Positions 21,143 through 30,891 of a stretch of DNA of 64,000 nucleotides are shown one piece after another. The notes beneath the pieces are model-generated. The model worked only from the letters and a program-made list of their open reading frames with translations. It had not been told where the DNA came from and made no database searches. Made by a program: the position numbers and the translations under genes. This stretch comes from an uncultured bacterium. GTDB lineage: Bacteria; Spirochaetota; UBA4802; JAGODF01. The stretch is taken from positions 334 through 64,333 of the forward strand of contig CAKZSV010000016.1 in the NCBI GenBank assembly GCA_937921485.1, written 5' to 3'. The first letter of the stretch is position 1, and every line of letters starts with the position of its first letter.

Positions 21143-22606
21143 ATGAACATAAAAAAGAATGCTTTTATTATTTTTATGACTTGCGTGATGCTTTTTTCCA
21201 TTTCTCACGCCCAGCATGCGGTGCGGCTGAATATTCTGGTGCATCCGTTTTCCAATGCGGGAGCGAAATCATATTCCTGGATTTCCGCTGGCCTCACCGA
21301 TACGGTAATAGCCGACCTGATGCGGCTTTCAAGCGTCAATGTCTTTTCCGAGGAGGAGCGCAAAAAAGCCATAAAGGAAATCGAGCTTTCGATGACGGGA
21401 CTGGTGCGCGATGAGGATATTGCCGGAGTTGGAAAGATTATGGGAGCGCATCTCATTTTCACCGGGAGTTATACGGTAAGCGGAAATTCGGTAAGGGTGA
21501 TTGCAAAACTCGTTGATGTGGCGACCGCGAAAGTTCAGACTGCCGCGAAGATCGATGGAAGCCTTGATGCGCTTGCCGAGCTTGAAGACCGCATTGTTGT
21601 AGCGCTTGTGGAAGGCGCGGAAAATTTACATATAAAAGGAATTACAGCTCCGAAATTCAGCAATGCGGAAAAAGAAACAATAACCAAAGGATACAATCCA
21701 TCTGCGAAAGCCTTTGAGATGTATTCAAAAGCGCTTGATCTTGCAGATGAAAATGCGCGTGAGGCAAAAAAATTAGCCTCTATAGCGCTCGGGTCCGATC
21801 CCGATTATATCCCGGCACTAGTGCTGTTCGGCAATCTTGCAAATAATCTTGGCGATGCGAAGGCGGCGATGGAAAGTTTTGCGAAGGCGAAACGTTTGCT
21901 GGAGAAAAATAACATGCAAAATAGCGCCGATTATGCCAATCTCATTGCCGGGATTGGACTGCAGGCCTGGAACCGCGGCGATAACGACCGCGCAATCGAG
22001 TATACCGAAAAAGCAAAACAGTTATGGGAAGCGATGGGGAGAAAGGAAAGCCTTCAATACATCTCCACCCTGGTGATATTGGGCGCCGCATACCGCCAGT
22101 TGAACAATCTGCCGAAGGCGCTTGCGCTCACGGAGGAAGCGCACAGCGCGCTTGAGCGGCTTGGAATGAAAATGACCAGCTCATACGGATGGGCCACGTC
22201 AAATTTAGGGGTTATTCATCAGTCTATGGGCAATTATGATAAAAGCATGAACATCTATCGGGAAGCGCTTGATGTGTTTCAAAAAATCGGCTTGAAGAAT
22301 TCAATGGGATACGCGTTCACCTATTCCCAGATCGGCGGGGTGTACTACATGAAGGGCGAGTATCCTTCGGCGATTGAATACTACAGTAAAGGCATAGGAA
22401 TGTGCGACAATCTCGGCCTTCAAAACACCATCCAATACAGCTACTACGCGTGGACGCTTGCGAACAGCTACTGGATGCTTAATCAGACCTGCGAGGGCGT
22501 GCCGTTCATTGAGAAAGCGGCGAAAGTATTCCGAAGTGTTGGACATTCGGAAACGAAAAAAGTCGAAAAAGCCGTCGAAGATTTCAAAAGGCGATGTGGA
22601 AAATAA
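21143..22606 (+). CDS. Secreted protein with FlgO/CsgG/TolB_N-like domain and TPR repeats
   Basis: Signal peptide, VHPFSN...GKIMGA...TGSY domain, several TPRs. Confidence 0.8.
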   Translation: MNIKKNAFIIFMTCVMLFSISHAQHAVRLNILVHPFSNAGAKSYSWISAGLTDTVIADLMRLSSVNVFSEEERKKAIKEIELSMTGLVRDEDIAGVGKIMGAHLIFTGSYTVSGNSVRVIAKLVDVATAKVQTAAKIDGSLDALAELEDRIVVALVEGAENLHIKGITAPKFSNAEKETITKGYNPSAKAFEMYSKALDLADENAREAKKLASIALGSDPDYIPALVLFGNLANNLGDAKAAMESFAKAKRLLEKNNMQNSADYANLIAGIGLQAWNRGDNDRAIEYTEKAKQLWEAMGRKESLQYISTLVILGAAYRQLNNLPKALALTEEAHSALERLGMKMTSSYGWATSNLGVIHQSMGNYDKSMNIYREALDVFQKIGLKNSMGYAFTYSQIGGVYYMKGEYPSAIEYYSKGIGMCDNLGLQNTIQYSYYAWTLANSYWMLNQTCEGVPFIEKAAKVFRSVGHSETKKVEKAVEDFKRRCGK

Positions 22607-22718
22607 GGGAACTTATAAAAACCATTTATAAAGATGTTCCCTTGTGGGCACAATATATAGGTAAAACCGCTTTCTTTGATGCTAGTTGTAAGGTTGAAAG
22701 CGGTTTTTAGAGGTGCCC
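22607..22718. mobile_element. MITE-like repeat, copy 1
   Basis: Terminal inverted repeats GGGAACTTATAAAAAC / GTTTTTAGAGGTGCCC and internal hairpin AAAACCGCTTTC...GAAAGCGGTTTT; homologous to 30578 and 38530. Confidence 0.8.
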
Positions 22719-22724
22719 ATCATT

Positions 22725-22764
22725 GTCGTAACGCTGTGCCCATAGTCGTAACGCTGTGCCCATA
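22725..22764. repeat. 20-bp tandem duplication
   Basis: GTCGTAACGCTGTGCCCATA occurs twice next to the MITE end. Confidence 0.85.
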
Positions 22765-22840
22765 ATTGATAAGATTCTCATCCGGTGCGATGCAAAATAT
22801 GCGCAGATGTAAGCGGCAGCAAATGATGTCAATTGCGCTA

Positions 22841-23569
22841 TTACGAACGCAGCATCATTATCGCGATGATCAGCAGCATGGTAATGACGATGCGTTTGAA
22901 TCGTTCCGCGTCGATGCGCGTATTGATGAAGTTCCCCGCGAACATGCCGGTAAAAATAATTGGAATGAGCATGCTCCACAGAAAAAGCACATCGGCAGTG
23001 TACAGTCCCCGCGCGGCATGGCCCGCACCGATGAGAAATGCTGAGGAAAGAAAAAATCCCTGAAGATTTGCTATCGTTCGGTCCTTATCCCATTGCTGAA
23101 GCGCGGCATGCACAATTACCGGCGGTCCGTTGATATTGAACGCAGCGCCAAGGCTGCCGGCAAGGAATCCGAAAACATACGACCACCTGCGGGATACCGG
23201 TTTTGCGGGAAGCAATCCCGCAAGCGAATACACAGAAAAAAGAATTATCAGCGAAGCAAGAATTTTTCGCAAGATTTGCTCATCCAGATAGGTGAGAATG
23301 AAAATGCCAAAAGGAACTCCCACCGCGGCGCTTGCCAGAAGCGGAATGAGTTCCCGCAGATTGACATGCTTTCGTTTGACAATAAAGAGCATGGCGGTAA
23401 GCGCCAGTCCGTTTAAAAGCACCAGAGGTGTGACGATGCGAAGCGGAAGCATAAAAGGAAGAATCGCCATCGATACAAGCGCCTGCCCGAAACCGGAAAC
23501 GCCCTGCACAAAGGACGCGAAAAGCACCACGAGGGCGATGATGATGTAGAGCACTGCTTCACCGGTCAT
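22841..23569 (-). CDS. TauE/SafE sulfonate/sulfite exporter
   Basis: SFVQGVSGFG and GAAFNINGPP motifs, about 8 TMs. Confidence 0.88.
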   Translation of the reverse strand: MTGEAVLYIIIALVVLFASFVQGVSGFGQALVSMAILPFMLPLRIVTPLVLLNGLALTAMLFIVKRKHVNLRELIPLLASAAVGVPFGIFILTYLDEQILRKILASLIILFSVYSLAGLLPAKPVSRRWSYVFGFLAGSLGAAFNINGPPVIVHAALQQWDKDRTIANLQGFFLSSAFLIGAGHAARGLYTADVLFLWSMLIPIIFTGMFAGNFINTRIDAERFKRIVITMLLIIAIMMLRS

Positions 23570-23777
23570 TGGGGGTTCCTGTTTGAAAAGCTGTGCAAGC
23601 GTTATTGTGCTGCAGCAAAATGTCAATGGTATTTCCGGTGCAGTTTCCACTGCGGGGAAATTGCTGGATGCCGATTAAAATGAAGTCGATGTGTAATCCG
23701 TTGCACATGGCCAGGAAATCTTATTGACACCCCGTGATGTTGGAATATTCCTTACGCATAAGAGGTGGCAGGAATAT

Positions 23778-24236
23778 ATGATTCATTTTGAACGCATACC
23801 CGATGATATTGACGCGCGTATTGAAGAACTCAAGCAGGCGCTCCTGCGCGATCCAAATATTGTATTTGCCTATCTCTTTGGGGGGTTGGCAAAGGGTGTG
23901 AAAAAGCCGTTGTCGGATGTTGACATTGCAGTGTTTGTGAACGACATGTCGAACCTTGCCGAATATACCATGAATCTCTTTTTAGATTTTTCAAATATTC
24001 TTCACACATCGGAAATAGATATCGTCATTTTGAATGTTGCGCCTGAAAGCATTGCAGGCCGTATTTTGCAGCATAAGAAGCTGTTAGTTGATAAAAAGCC
24101 TTTACAACGGCATCTGTACGAATCTGTCACATTGAGAAAATATTTTGATTTTGCAGTAAAAGAAAAACAGATACTCTACAGGAGGTACAAGATTGGTCGA
24201 TTCATCCCTCATTCTTCGCAAGATATCAGAACTTGA
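23778..24236 (+). CDS. MntA-like nucleotidyltransferase antitoxin
   Basis: AYLFGG...SDVDIAV; overlaps the HepT gene. Confidence 0.88.
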   Translation: MIHFERIPDDIDARIEELKQALLRDPNIVFAYLFGGLAKGVKKPLSDVDIAVFVNDMSNLAEYTMNLFLDFSNILHTSEIDIVILNVAPESIAGRILQHKKLLVDKKPLQRHLYESVTLRKYFDFAVKEKQILYRRYKIGRFIPHSSQDIRT

Positions 24237-24618
24237 AACGTATTATGTACAGATTAAAGAATTTAAGGATCTTACGTATGATGCCTATGTATCTGATTGG
24301 AAGACGCAGCGAATAGTTGAGCGAACATTACAGTTGATGATTGAGATGTGCGCTGATATAGCAAATCACATCATTTCAGATGCGGAATTGCGTACTCCGC
24401 AGACATATGCGGACACATTCAAGGTATTATTCGAAAATAAGATCATTGATGAAGCGCTGCGCGATGTAATGATTAAAATGGCGAAATTCCGTAATATCAT
24501 TGTACATCAGTATGAACGCGTGGACGCTGAAATAGTCATTGGCATTGTAAAAAAACACGTAGATGATGTGCTGCAGTACCGAAATGCCATTATGCAATAC
24601 ATTCAGGAGCGCGAATGA
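24193..24618 (+). CDS. HepT-like HEPN RNase toxin (DUF86)
   Basis: ERTLQ...FRNIIVHQY (Rx4HxY). Confidence 0.92.
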   Translation: MVDSSLILRKISELETYYVQIKEFKDLTYDAYVSDWKTQRIVERTLQLMIEMCADIANHIISDAELRTPQTYADTFKVLFENKIIDEALRDVMIKMAKFRNIIVHQYERVDAEIVIGIVKKHVDDVLQYRNAIMQYIQERE

Positions 24619-24676
24619 TGAAATTCTACGATAGCATCGCGCATCAGTATGAACGTACGCACGGTGAAATACTTTC

Positions 24677-25150
24677 TTACTTAAAATTCTTTTTCTCCAT
24701 TTCCCGAATCTCTTCGTAGCAATTTTTCAAGAATTTCTGCCATTCCTCTTCAAAGCCTTCGCCGAATTTCGTGGCAAGCCAGGCATCCACGATTTCCGCG
24801 GCGTGCTGTGGCGGAGTGAGCCACTCGGCAAGCACCAGCACGTTGGCATTGTTCACCGATGAAGCGCGCTTTCCTTCGAAGGTATTGGTGCAGTGCACGG
24901 CATGGACGCCGGGAAATTTGTTTGCCACGATGGCGCTTCCGGCGCCTGTTCCGCAGATGATGATGGCTTTCTCGTATGTTCCTTCCGAAACTGCCTTTGC
25001 CACATTGGCCGCGGCGATGTGATACGGAACGAATTCCCCGCCTTCCTTCATTCCCAGATCGTCAACCGTATGGCCTTTTTTCTCAAGGTGCGCAATCATT
25101 TCTTTTTTGAGTGCCAATCCTGCGCGCGTGCTTCCAATTGCAAATTTCAT
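24677..25150 (-). CDS. RpiB/LacAB family isomerase; putative 4-deoxy-4-sulfoerythrose isomerase (SqwI-like)
   Basis: ICGTGAG, ANKFPG, NNANVL. The specific function is inferred from context. Confidence 0.85.
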   Translation of the reverse strand: MKFAIGSTRAGLALKKEMIAHLEKKGHTVDDLGMKEGGEFVPYHIAAANVAKAVSEGTYEKAIIICGTGAGSAIVANKFPGVHAVHCTNTFEGKRASSVNNANVLVLAEWLTPPQHAAEIVDAWLATKFGEGFEEEWQKFLKNCYEEIREMEKKNFK

Positions 25151-25154
25151 ACTC

Positions 25155-26111
25155 TCACTCCTGAATTCCGTTTTTTCGCACAATTGAAGCTGCCGCTTCA
25201 ACGATGTGTGGTATGCCGAAGCCGTGCTTGTTGAACAGGTATTCCTCCGTGGCTACCTCGCCGAATTTATCGGGAACTCCCAGCCGCTTCACGCGCACGG
25301 GGTATTGCTCTGAGAGCACCTCGCAGATGGCGCCGCCAAGGCCTCCGATAATATTTTGATTTTCAACGGTCACCACCGCGCCGGTTTTCTTCGCCGATGC
25401 GATGATGGCCTTTTCATCGAGCGGCTTCACCGAAGGAAAGTGCAGCACCTCGGCGCTAATGCCTTTTTTCGAAAGCTCATCCGCGGCTTTCAATGCGAAC
25501 TGCGTCATGTAGCCGGTGGCGGCAATTGTCACATCCGTGCCTTCGCGAAGAAGCGCCGCTTTGCCGGGTTCGAACTGGTAGCCTTCATTGAAAATCTGCG
25601 GCACCACCGAACGTACGAGCTGCATGTAGGTGGGCTGTTTTGATTTTGCCATGAATTTCATCGCGCTGCGAAGTTCAAACGGATCGCAGGGGCTGTAGAC
25701 ATGCATGTTCGGCATCGCGCGCATGATGGCAAGATCCTGAAAGCACATGTGCGTACCGCCGTTTGGCCCCTGGGTGATGCCGGGGGCGGTACCCACAATC
25801 TTCACGTTTGTGTTGGCGTACGCCACGCTGATGGTAATCTGATCGTACACGCGGCGTGACGCGAAACAGGTAAAGCTTGCGCAGAAGGGAATTTTCCCCT
25901 CAACGGCCATGCCCGCGGCAATGCCAATCATGTTGGCTTCGGATACGCCCACGTTGATGAAATTCTTCGGATGCTTCTCGAGCACTGCCGGATTCGTTCC
26001 TGAGGCTTTCGATAAATCTGCTTCCAGGCAATACACATTGGGATTTTCTTCAATGAGTTCGTTTAAGGTGTGCGCGTACACAAGGCGCATTTCCATTTTT
26101 GCATAGTCCAT
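25155..26111 (-). CDS. Transketolase C-terminal subunit (SqwH-like)
   Basis: NVGVSEANM, GPNGGTH, SVKPLD. Confidence 0.93.
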   Translation of the reverse strand: MDYAKMEMRLVYAHTLNELIEENPNVYCLEADLSKASGTNPAVLEKHPKNFINVGVSEANMIGIAAGMAVEGKIPFCASFTCFASRRVYDQITISVAYANTNVKIVGTAPGITQGPNGGTHMCFQDLAIMRAMPNMHVYSPCDPFELRSAMKFMAKSKQPTYMQLVRSVVPQIFNEGYQFEPGKAALLREGTDVTIAATGYMTQFALKAADELSKKGISAEVLHFPSVKPLDEKAIIASAKKTGAVVTVENQNIIGGLGGAICEVLSEQYPVRVKRLGVPDKFGEVATEEYLFNKHGFGIPHIVEAAASIVRKNGIQE

Positions 26112-26113
26112 GA

Positions 26114-26977
26114 CTAATCCTCGCAATAATTAAGTTCGTGATCGTGCGGAATACCTTCAATGACTTTCCGGTAGGTGGCTTCATCGGGCACCTTGATGTT
26201 GTGGCTTGAAACCTGATTTTCGTACTGGCAATGGCACTTTGCTTTGATAGTGTGTGCGATGATCATCCTGGGTTTGCCTTTTACCTCGCTGGCGCGGTTG
26301 ATGGTTTCATATATCGCATGCCAATCGTGGCCGTCCATCTCAAACACTTCCCATCCGAAGGCGCGCCACTTATCGGCCAGCGGCTCGAGCGTCAGAACAT
26401 CATCAGTGCGCCCGTCGATCTGTAATTTATTATAATCGCAGATGGCGATAAGATTATCGAGCTTATGATGTCCCGCAAAAAGCGCGGCTTCCCAGATCTG
26501 CCCTTCGTTGCTCTCTCCGTCTCCAATGATGCAAAATACGCGGTGATTTTTACCGTCCTTTTTCGCGGCCACTGCCATGCCGATTGCACAGGAAAGGCCC
26601 TGGCCGAGAGAACCCGCGGTCATATCGATGCCCGGCGTCTGAATGCGGTCAACATGGCTGGGAAGTCTCGTGCCGTCTTTATTGAGCGTCCCGAGCCACG
26701 ATTTTGGAAAGAACCCTTTCAGTGCAAGTGCCACATAGAGCACCGGACCCGCGTGCCCTTTGGAAAGCACCAGACGGTCGCGCTCATCCCACAGCGGATT
26801 TTTCGGATCAGTTTTCATGATGCGGTAGTACAGGGTGATGATGACCTCGACGAGCGAAAGCGCGCCGCCCAGATGTCCCGAGCCTGCCTTGCAGATCATG
26901 TCGGTGATGATGAAACGGAAGTCCTTCGCCAGTTTTTCAAGTTCGGCTTTGCCGGGTGTTTCGTGTGATGAATTCAT
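26114..26977 (-). CDS. Transketolase N-terminal subunit (SqwG-like)
   Basis: GHLGG, LSKGH, GSLGQG, GDGE...N TPP motif. Confidence 0.93.
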   Translation of the reverse strand: MNSSHETPGKAELEKLAKDFRFIITDMICKAGSGHLGGALSLVEVIITLYYRIMKTDPKNPLWDERDRLVLSKGHAGPVLYVALALKGFFPKSWLGTLNKDGTRLPSHVDRIQTPGIDMTAGSLGQGLSCAIGMAVAAKKDGKNHRVFCIIGDGESNEGQIWEAALFAGHHKLDNLIAICDYNKLQIDGRTDDVLTLEPLADKWRAFGWEVFEMDGHDWHAIYETINRASEVKGKPRMIIAHTIKAKCHCQYENQVSSHNIKVPDEATYRKVIEGIPHDHELNYCED

Positions 26978-26989
26978 CAATGCCTCCAA

Positions 26990-28462
26990 TTAAATGATGT
27001 GAAGCGCGCCGCCTAAAAAATACACGGATAGCGCGACGCAGAGTGATGCCAGAAGCGTCATGAATACGCCCACCTTTGCCATGTCGGTGATGGTGAAATA
27101 CCCCGACGAGTAGGGAATGACATTGGTGGGCGTGGAACTTACTAAAATGAATGAAAGCGACGAGGTGATGCCGGCCGGAATGGCCAGAAGCGCGGGGCTG
27201 ATATTCGTCGTTTTCGCGAGCGCAATGAGAAGCGGCACCACGATGATGCCGGTAACTGTGTTGCTTGAAAACATCACCTTCATCAGCGCCACGCCGACAG
27301 TGATGATGAAGACGATCGCGAACGGATGCAGCGAACCGATGGAGCCGAAGAGCACGTAGGCAATCCATTGAGCTGCGCCGGTTTTATAAATGGCCATGCC
27401 GAGTGAAAGGCCAGTGACGATCAGCACGATGCCGCCCCAGCTTATTTCGCTTTCGGCCTGCTTCCAGCTAAGCACGTCGATTCCCGGCAGGAAAAAAAGG
27501 CAGGCGCAGGCGAACGCCACAAAGGAAATTTCGAGATAGTCAATCGTGCCGCCCGTCCAGCTTTTGATAAACGGCTCGCAGATCCACAGCGCAATGGTGA
27601 TGAAAAAAATTGAAATGACCATGAGTTCTTTTCTGGTGATGGAGCCCATGTCTTTTTTGCGCGCTTCGTACTCTTCGCGGGAGATGGAAAGCGCGATTTT
27701 TTCCGGCGGAAAAAAATAGAGCAAAAGCCACCAGGCGAATGGAATCATCATGAGCGCTGCGGGAAAGCCGATAAGGCTCCAGTCGAGAAACGTGAAATGA
27801 ATACCCGCTAAATCGCGCAAAAAACCCATGGTGAGGGGATTTGGCCCGCAGCCGGCGGGAGTGGCAATGCCGCCAATGAGCGGCCCCCATGCGGCGGCTA
27901 TCATCAGCGCCTTGCCGAAATTGCTTTTCAGCTTTTCTGCGCCCGCGTCGCGAAGAATGCCAAGGCCAAGCGGCAGAAGCATCGCAGCCACAGCCATGTC
28001 GGTAATCCATGCGGAAAGCAAAGCCCCCGCTGTTAGAAAGACGAGCACAATGAGCGAAGGGCGGTGGCCGAGTTTAAACAGCATGAAGGATGTGACGCGC
28101 CTCATGAGCGTGGTGGCATTGATTGCTGCAGAGAGAATGAGTACCCCGATAAAAAACAGCACGATGGAATTTCCGAAGCCGTCGGCCACCAGATTTTTAA
28201 ACGTGTCCACCTTTAAAATTGTAAGCAGCGCAAGCGAGATGAGTCCCGCGATGGGGAAGGGAACCGCTTCCGTGACCCAGAGGATGACCGTAAATGCCAT
28301 GACCGCAAGCGATGCTTTTCCCTTCGCGGTGAGCGCAATGGCCTGTTCCCCGGCCTGAACCGGCGATGCGTCGGGAAGAAACATAATAATTGCGAATGCG
28401 AGAATTGCGAGCATACAATATGCGTACCGCCGGTTTTCACGCCAGAATTGCGCGATGCTCAT
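26990..28462 (-). CDS. DASS/SLC13 family anion transporter
   Basis: WVTEAVP, GGIATPAG, SSNT and STPTN motifs; many TMs. Confidence 0.9.
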   Translation of the reverse strand: MSIAQFWRENRRYAYCMLAILAFAIIMFLPDASPVQAGEQAIALTAKGKASLAVMAFTVILWVTEAVPFPIAGLISLALLTILKVDTFKNLVADGFGNSIVLFFIGVLILSAAINATTLMRRVTSFMLFKLGHRPSLIVLVFLTAGALLSAWITDMAVAAMLLPLGLGILRDAGAEKLKSNFGKALMIAAAWGPLIGGIATPAGCGPNPLTMGFLRDLAGIHFTFLDWSLIGFPAALMMIPFAWWLLLYFFPPEKIALSISREEYEARKKDMGSITRKELMVISIFFITIALWICEPFIKSWTGGTIDYLEISFVAFACACLFFLPGIDVLSWKQAESEISWGGIVLIVTGLSLGMAIYKTGAAQWIAYVLFGSIGSLHPFAIVFIITVGVALMKVMFSSNTVTGIIVVPLLIALAKTTNISPALLAIPAGITSSLSFILVSSTPTNVIPYSSGYFTITDMAKVGVFMTLLASLCVALSVYFLGGALHII

Positions 28463-28465
28463 AGA

Positions 28466-30280
28466 TTAATCCTTCAATGAAAGTTTTCGAAGCGCTTCAT
28501 CGGTGGGAATGCCATTTTCATCCCAGCCGCGAAGCCTGTAGTAGCAATCGAGTTGCGCGCGCAGAGCTTCGTCCGGCACGTATCGTCCCTTCGCGGGGCC
28601 GTCGGGAATCGGTTCGTTCATCACGCGCGCGGGAAGCGTGTCGCGCTCACGGGAAACGCCGCGCGCAATATTGATACACCGTTCGAGCGTGTAGATGCGC
28701 GCGCCCGCTTGTGAAAGATCTTCTACGCTGAAATCCCATCCGGTGAGGAAGTTGAATGCCCCGGCAAGGGATTCGTTGATGAGCCTTCCAAAGCCGCGCT
28801 CCATGGTGAAGCGGCACATTACCAGAGAGTCGCCGAGCGCGGTGAAGTTCTGGCTTTCCACGCAGTATTTCGCGATTTCTTCCGCGCTCATTTCAAAGTC
28901 CGGCTGAGGATAGCGCGGGCGCGCGTCGTGATGGCTTCCGCCGCGGTTTGAGGTGGCATACGCCAATCCCATCGTGCGTATGCCGCGCGCGGAGTGCCCG
29001 GCGATTTCAAGGCCTTTTACCGAATAGAGATACTCGTGTGCGTTTTTGCCTATGTGCGCGGCCATCTTTTCCGAGCCAAGCGATAAAAGCTCACCAGCCC
29101 CGCGGCGGTAGGCGGTATCATTGATCAGGGATATAAGTGCCTCACCATTTCCGAAAAGCATCGTTGTGCCAAAGAGCTTTTCATCGCAAAGCCCTTTTTC
29201 AAGGCATTCCGCCGCGAACGCGAGCGTCACGCCCATGGAGATGGTATCAAGTCCGAGTTCGTCGCAGAGGGTATTTGCATTGAAAAGCGAAACGATGTCT
29301 GCATTATCGCACATGGTGGCCAGGGCGTAAATGCTTTCGAATTCGGGCATCTTCACATTCGTGCCTGCAAATCTTCCCGAGGGGACCATCACCAATTTGC
29401 CGCACGCAACGGGACAGAGGCGGCAGGCGATATTTTTTACTTTGAATTCGCGCGCCATGCGCTCGCCGCTTATCGCTTCCCACTCGGGGAAAACTTCGTA
29501 CTGATTATTCCTGGAAGCGAGCATCCCGCGGTCGTTAATGATTTTCACCAGCACCGGCGTGCCAAGCTCAATGAGTTCTTTCGTCTGGTCACGAAGTATG
29601 GGAAGGCGGCTTTTTAAAAATTCAGACAGGCGTTCGCGATGAGCGATGTCGGCTTTTTCGTTTCCGTTTACAACTATCGCTTTGAGGTTTTTTGAACCCA
29701 TGACCGCGCCCAGACCGAGCCTTCCGGCCGCACTGATGCGCGCTCCGCTCGCGATGACGGCCGCGAAAGGAACGAGATTTTCACCTGCCGGCCCAATCAC
29801 CGCGCATTCGATGCTGCTGCCTTCGCGTTCTTTCAGCGCCGCGATTGCTTTCGAGGTTTCCAGCCCCCAAAGGGTATCTGCTTCATGGAAGCTTGCGCCG
29901 CTTTCATCAATGCGCAGATAGACGCGTGAAGAAGCGTTACCGGTGATTGCGATTGCATCAAAACCGGTTGCTTTAAGCATGGACGCGAAGTTTCCGCCGA
30001 AGTTGGAATCGCCAAAGAGGCCGGTTTGGGGGGAGATTGCCGCCGCATGCGCCCTTCCGGAACCCCAGATGGGGGAACCGGTAAAGGGGCCGCTTGCAAA
30101 CACAAGGATGTTTTTTTCTGAGAAGGCATCATCGGCAGGCGATACTTCGCGGCCGATGATATCGGCAGCAAAGCCATTTCCGCCGATGAATTTCTTCGCG
30201 TACGCCTCGTCGAATTTTTCGATACGCGAAGATTGCGAAGAAAGGTCGATGCGCAGCATCTTTCCGAAATAGCCATTCAT
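28466..30280 (-). CDS. Aldehyde:ferredoxin oxidoreductase (W/Mo-bisPTT AOR family)
   Basis: IGPAGEN, GRLGLGAVMGSKNLKA, CRLCPVACGK, DELGLDTIS, DSLVMCRF, YYRLRGWD. Confidence 0.94.
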   Translation of the reverse strand: MNGYFGKMLRIDLSSQSSRIEKFDEAYAKKFIGGNGFAADIIGREVSPADDAFSEKNILVFASGPFTGSPIWGSGRAHAAAISPQTGLFGDSNFGGNFASMLKATGFDAIAITGNASSRVYLRIDESGASFHEADTLWGLETSKAIAALKEREGSSIECAVIGPAGENLVPFAAVIASGARISAAGRLGLGAVMGSKNLKAIVVNGNEKADIAHRERLSEFLKSRLPILRDQTKELIELGTPVLVKIINDRGMLASRNNQYEVFPEWEAISGERMAREFKVKNIACRLCPVACGKLVMVPSGRFAGTNVKMPEFESIYALATMCDNADIVSLFNANTLCDELGLDTISMGVTLAFAAECLEKGLCDEKLFGTTMLFGNGEALISLINDTAYRRGAGELLSLGSEKMAAHIGKNAHEYLYSVKGLEIAGHSARGIRTMGLAYATSNRGGSHHDARPRYPQPDFEMSAEEIAKYCVESQNFTALGDSLVMCRFTMERGFGRLINESLAGAFNFLTGWDFSVEDLSQAGARIYTLERCINIARGVSRERDTLPARVMNEPIPDGPAKGRYVPDEALRAQLDCYYRLRGWDENGIPTDEALRKLSLKD

Positions 30281-30306
30281 ATCAGTGAATCCCACATTGT
30301 GATGTC

Positions 30307-30335
30307 AATATAAATCCATAACGATTTATTGTCAA
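30307..30335 (-). promoter_or_regulatory. sigma70 promoter of the AOR-DASS-TK-RpiB operon with embedded operator
   Basis: TTGACA (30335-30330), 17 nt, TATATT (30312-30307). The motif TAAATCCATAACGATTTA lies at 30311-30328. Confidence 0.75.
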
Positions 30336-30577
30336 GGGTTTTATGATACTTTTTTTCATGGGCGGTTTTTTTCAATAAAAAAATGATGGATAGGTGAAAA
30401 ATGGATGATGTGGTGTGAGGGCAGGAGCATAGGTGCTTCTGGTATTCAATCCTTCCATGCTCCCGTTCGTACATTGTGTGATGCCGCATTGCAGAGCGCA
30501 TAACTGCGATGATTACATCTATCATATAGAAAAATCCTTCTGTTCGGATTAAAAATTATTGTCTGTTTCAAAATAAT

Positions 30578-30690
30578 GGGCACTTCTAAAAACCGCTTTC
30601 GTCATTAAAAATAGCATCATAGAAAGCGGTTTTTTCCCATACATTATGCTCAAAAGGGAACATCCTTTAAAACAGTTTTAAGAAGTTCCC
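30578..30690. mobile_element. MITE-like repeat, copy 2 (inverted relative to copy 1)
   Basis: GGGCACTTCTAAAAACCGCTTTC...GAAAGCGGTTTT...GGGAACATCC...TTAAGAAGTTCCC. Confidence 0.8.
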
Positions 30691-30717
30691 TTATAATTTA
30701 AATTTAACGGAGGGGAT

Positions 30718-30861
30718 ATGTTTAGTAATAAAAGTATTGTCGCGAGAGGATTTGTTTTTGCTCTGGTTTTCGTTTTTATCTTTGCTTTGGGATGCAAGAC
30801 ATTCAAGGACGTCGAGCGTGAATCAATACCCGTGAGACCGGCTTCATCAAACTCTAACTAA
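30718..30861 (+). CDS. Small lipoprotein (47 aa)
   Basis: GGAGGG RBS; MFSNKSIVARGFVFALVFVFIFALGCKTFKDVERESIPVRPASSNSN with ALGC lipobox. Below the ORF-track length cutoff. Confidence 0.7.
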   Translation: MFSNKSIVARGFVFALVFVFIFALGCKTFKDVERESIPVRPASSNSN

Positions 30862-30891
30862 AAAATTTATTTTCACGAGAGGAAATCTGAT

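Noticed and set aside
22607-22764. CRISPR array
   Set aside because: The two repeats are adjacent with no spacers, and there are no cas genes.
24483-24671. Diversity-generating retroelement TR/VR pair
   Set aside because: Mismatches are not adenine-specific and there is no reverse transcriptase in the window.
24677-26977. Housekeeping pentose-phosphate operon reading of TK plus RpiB
   Set aside because: Not fully excluded, but the operon with AOR/DASS and the operator shared with yihQ favour sulfo-TK.
30277-30525. 82-aa ORF, or a decayed PIN fragment (DVIIA...)
   Set aside because: It overlaps the AOR promoter and the similarity is too short to support a call.
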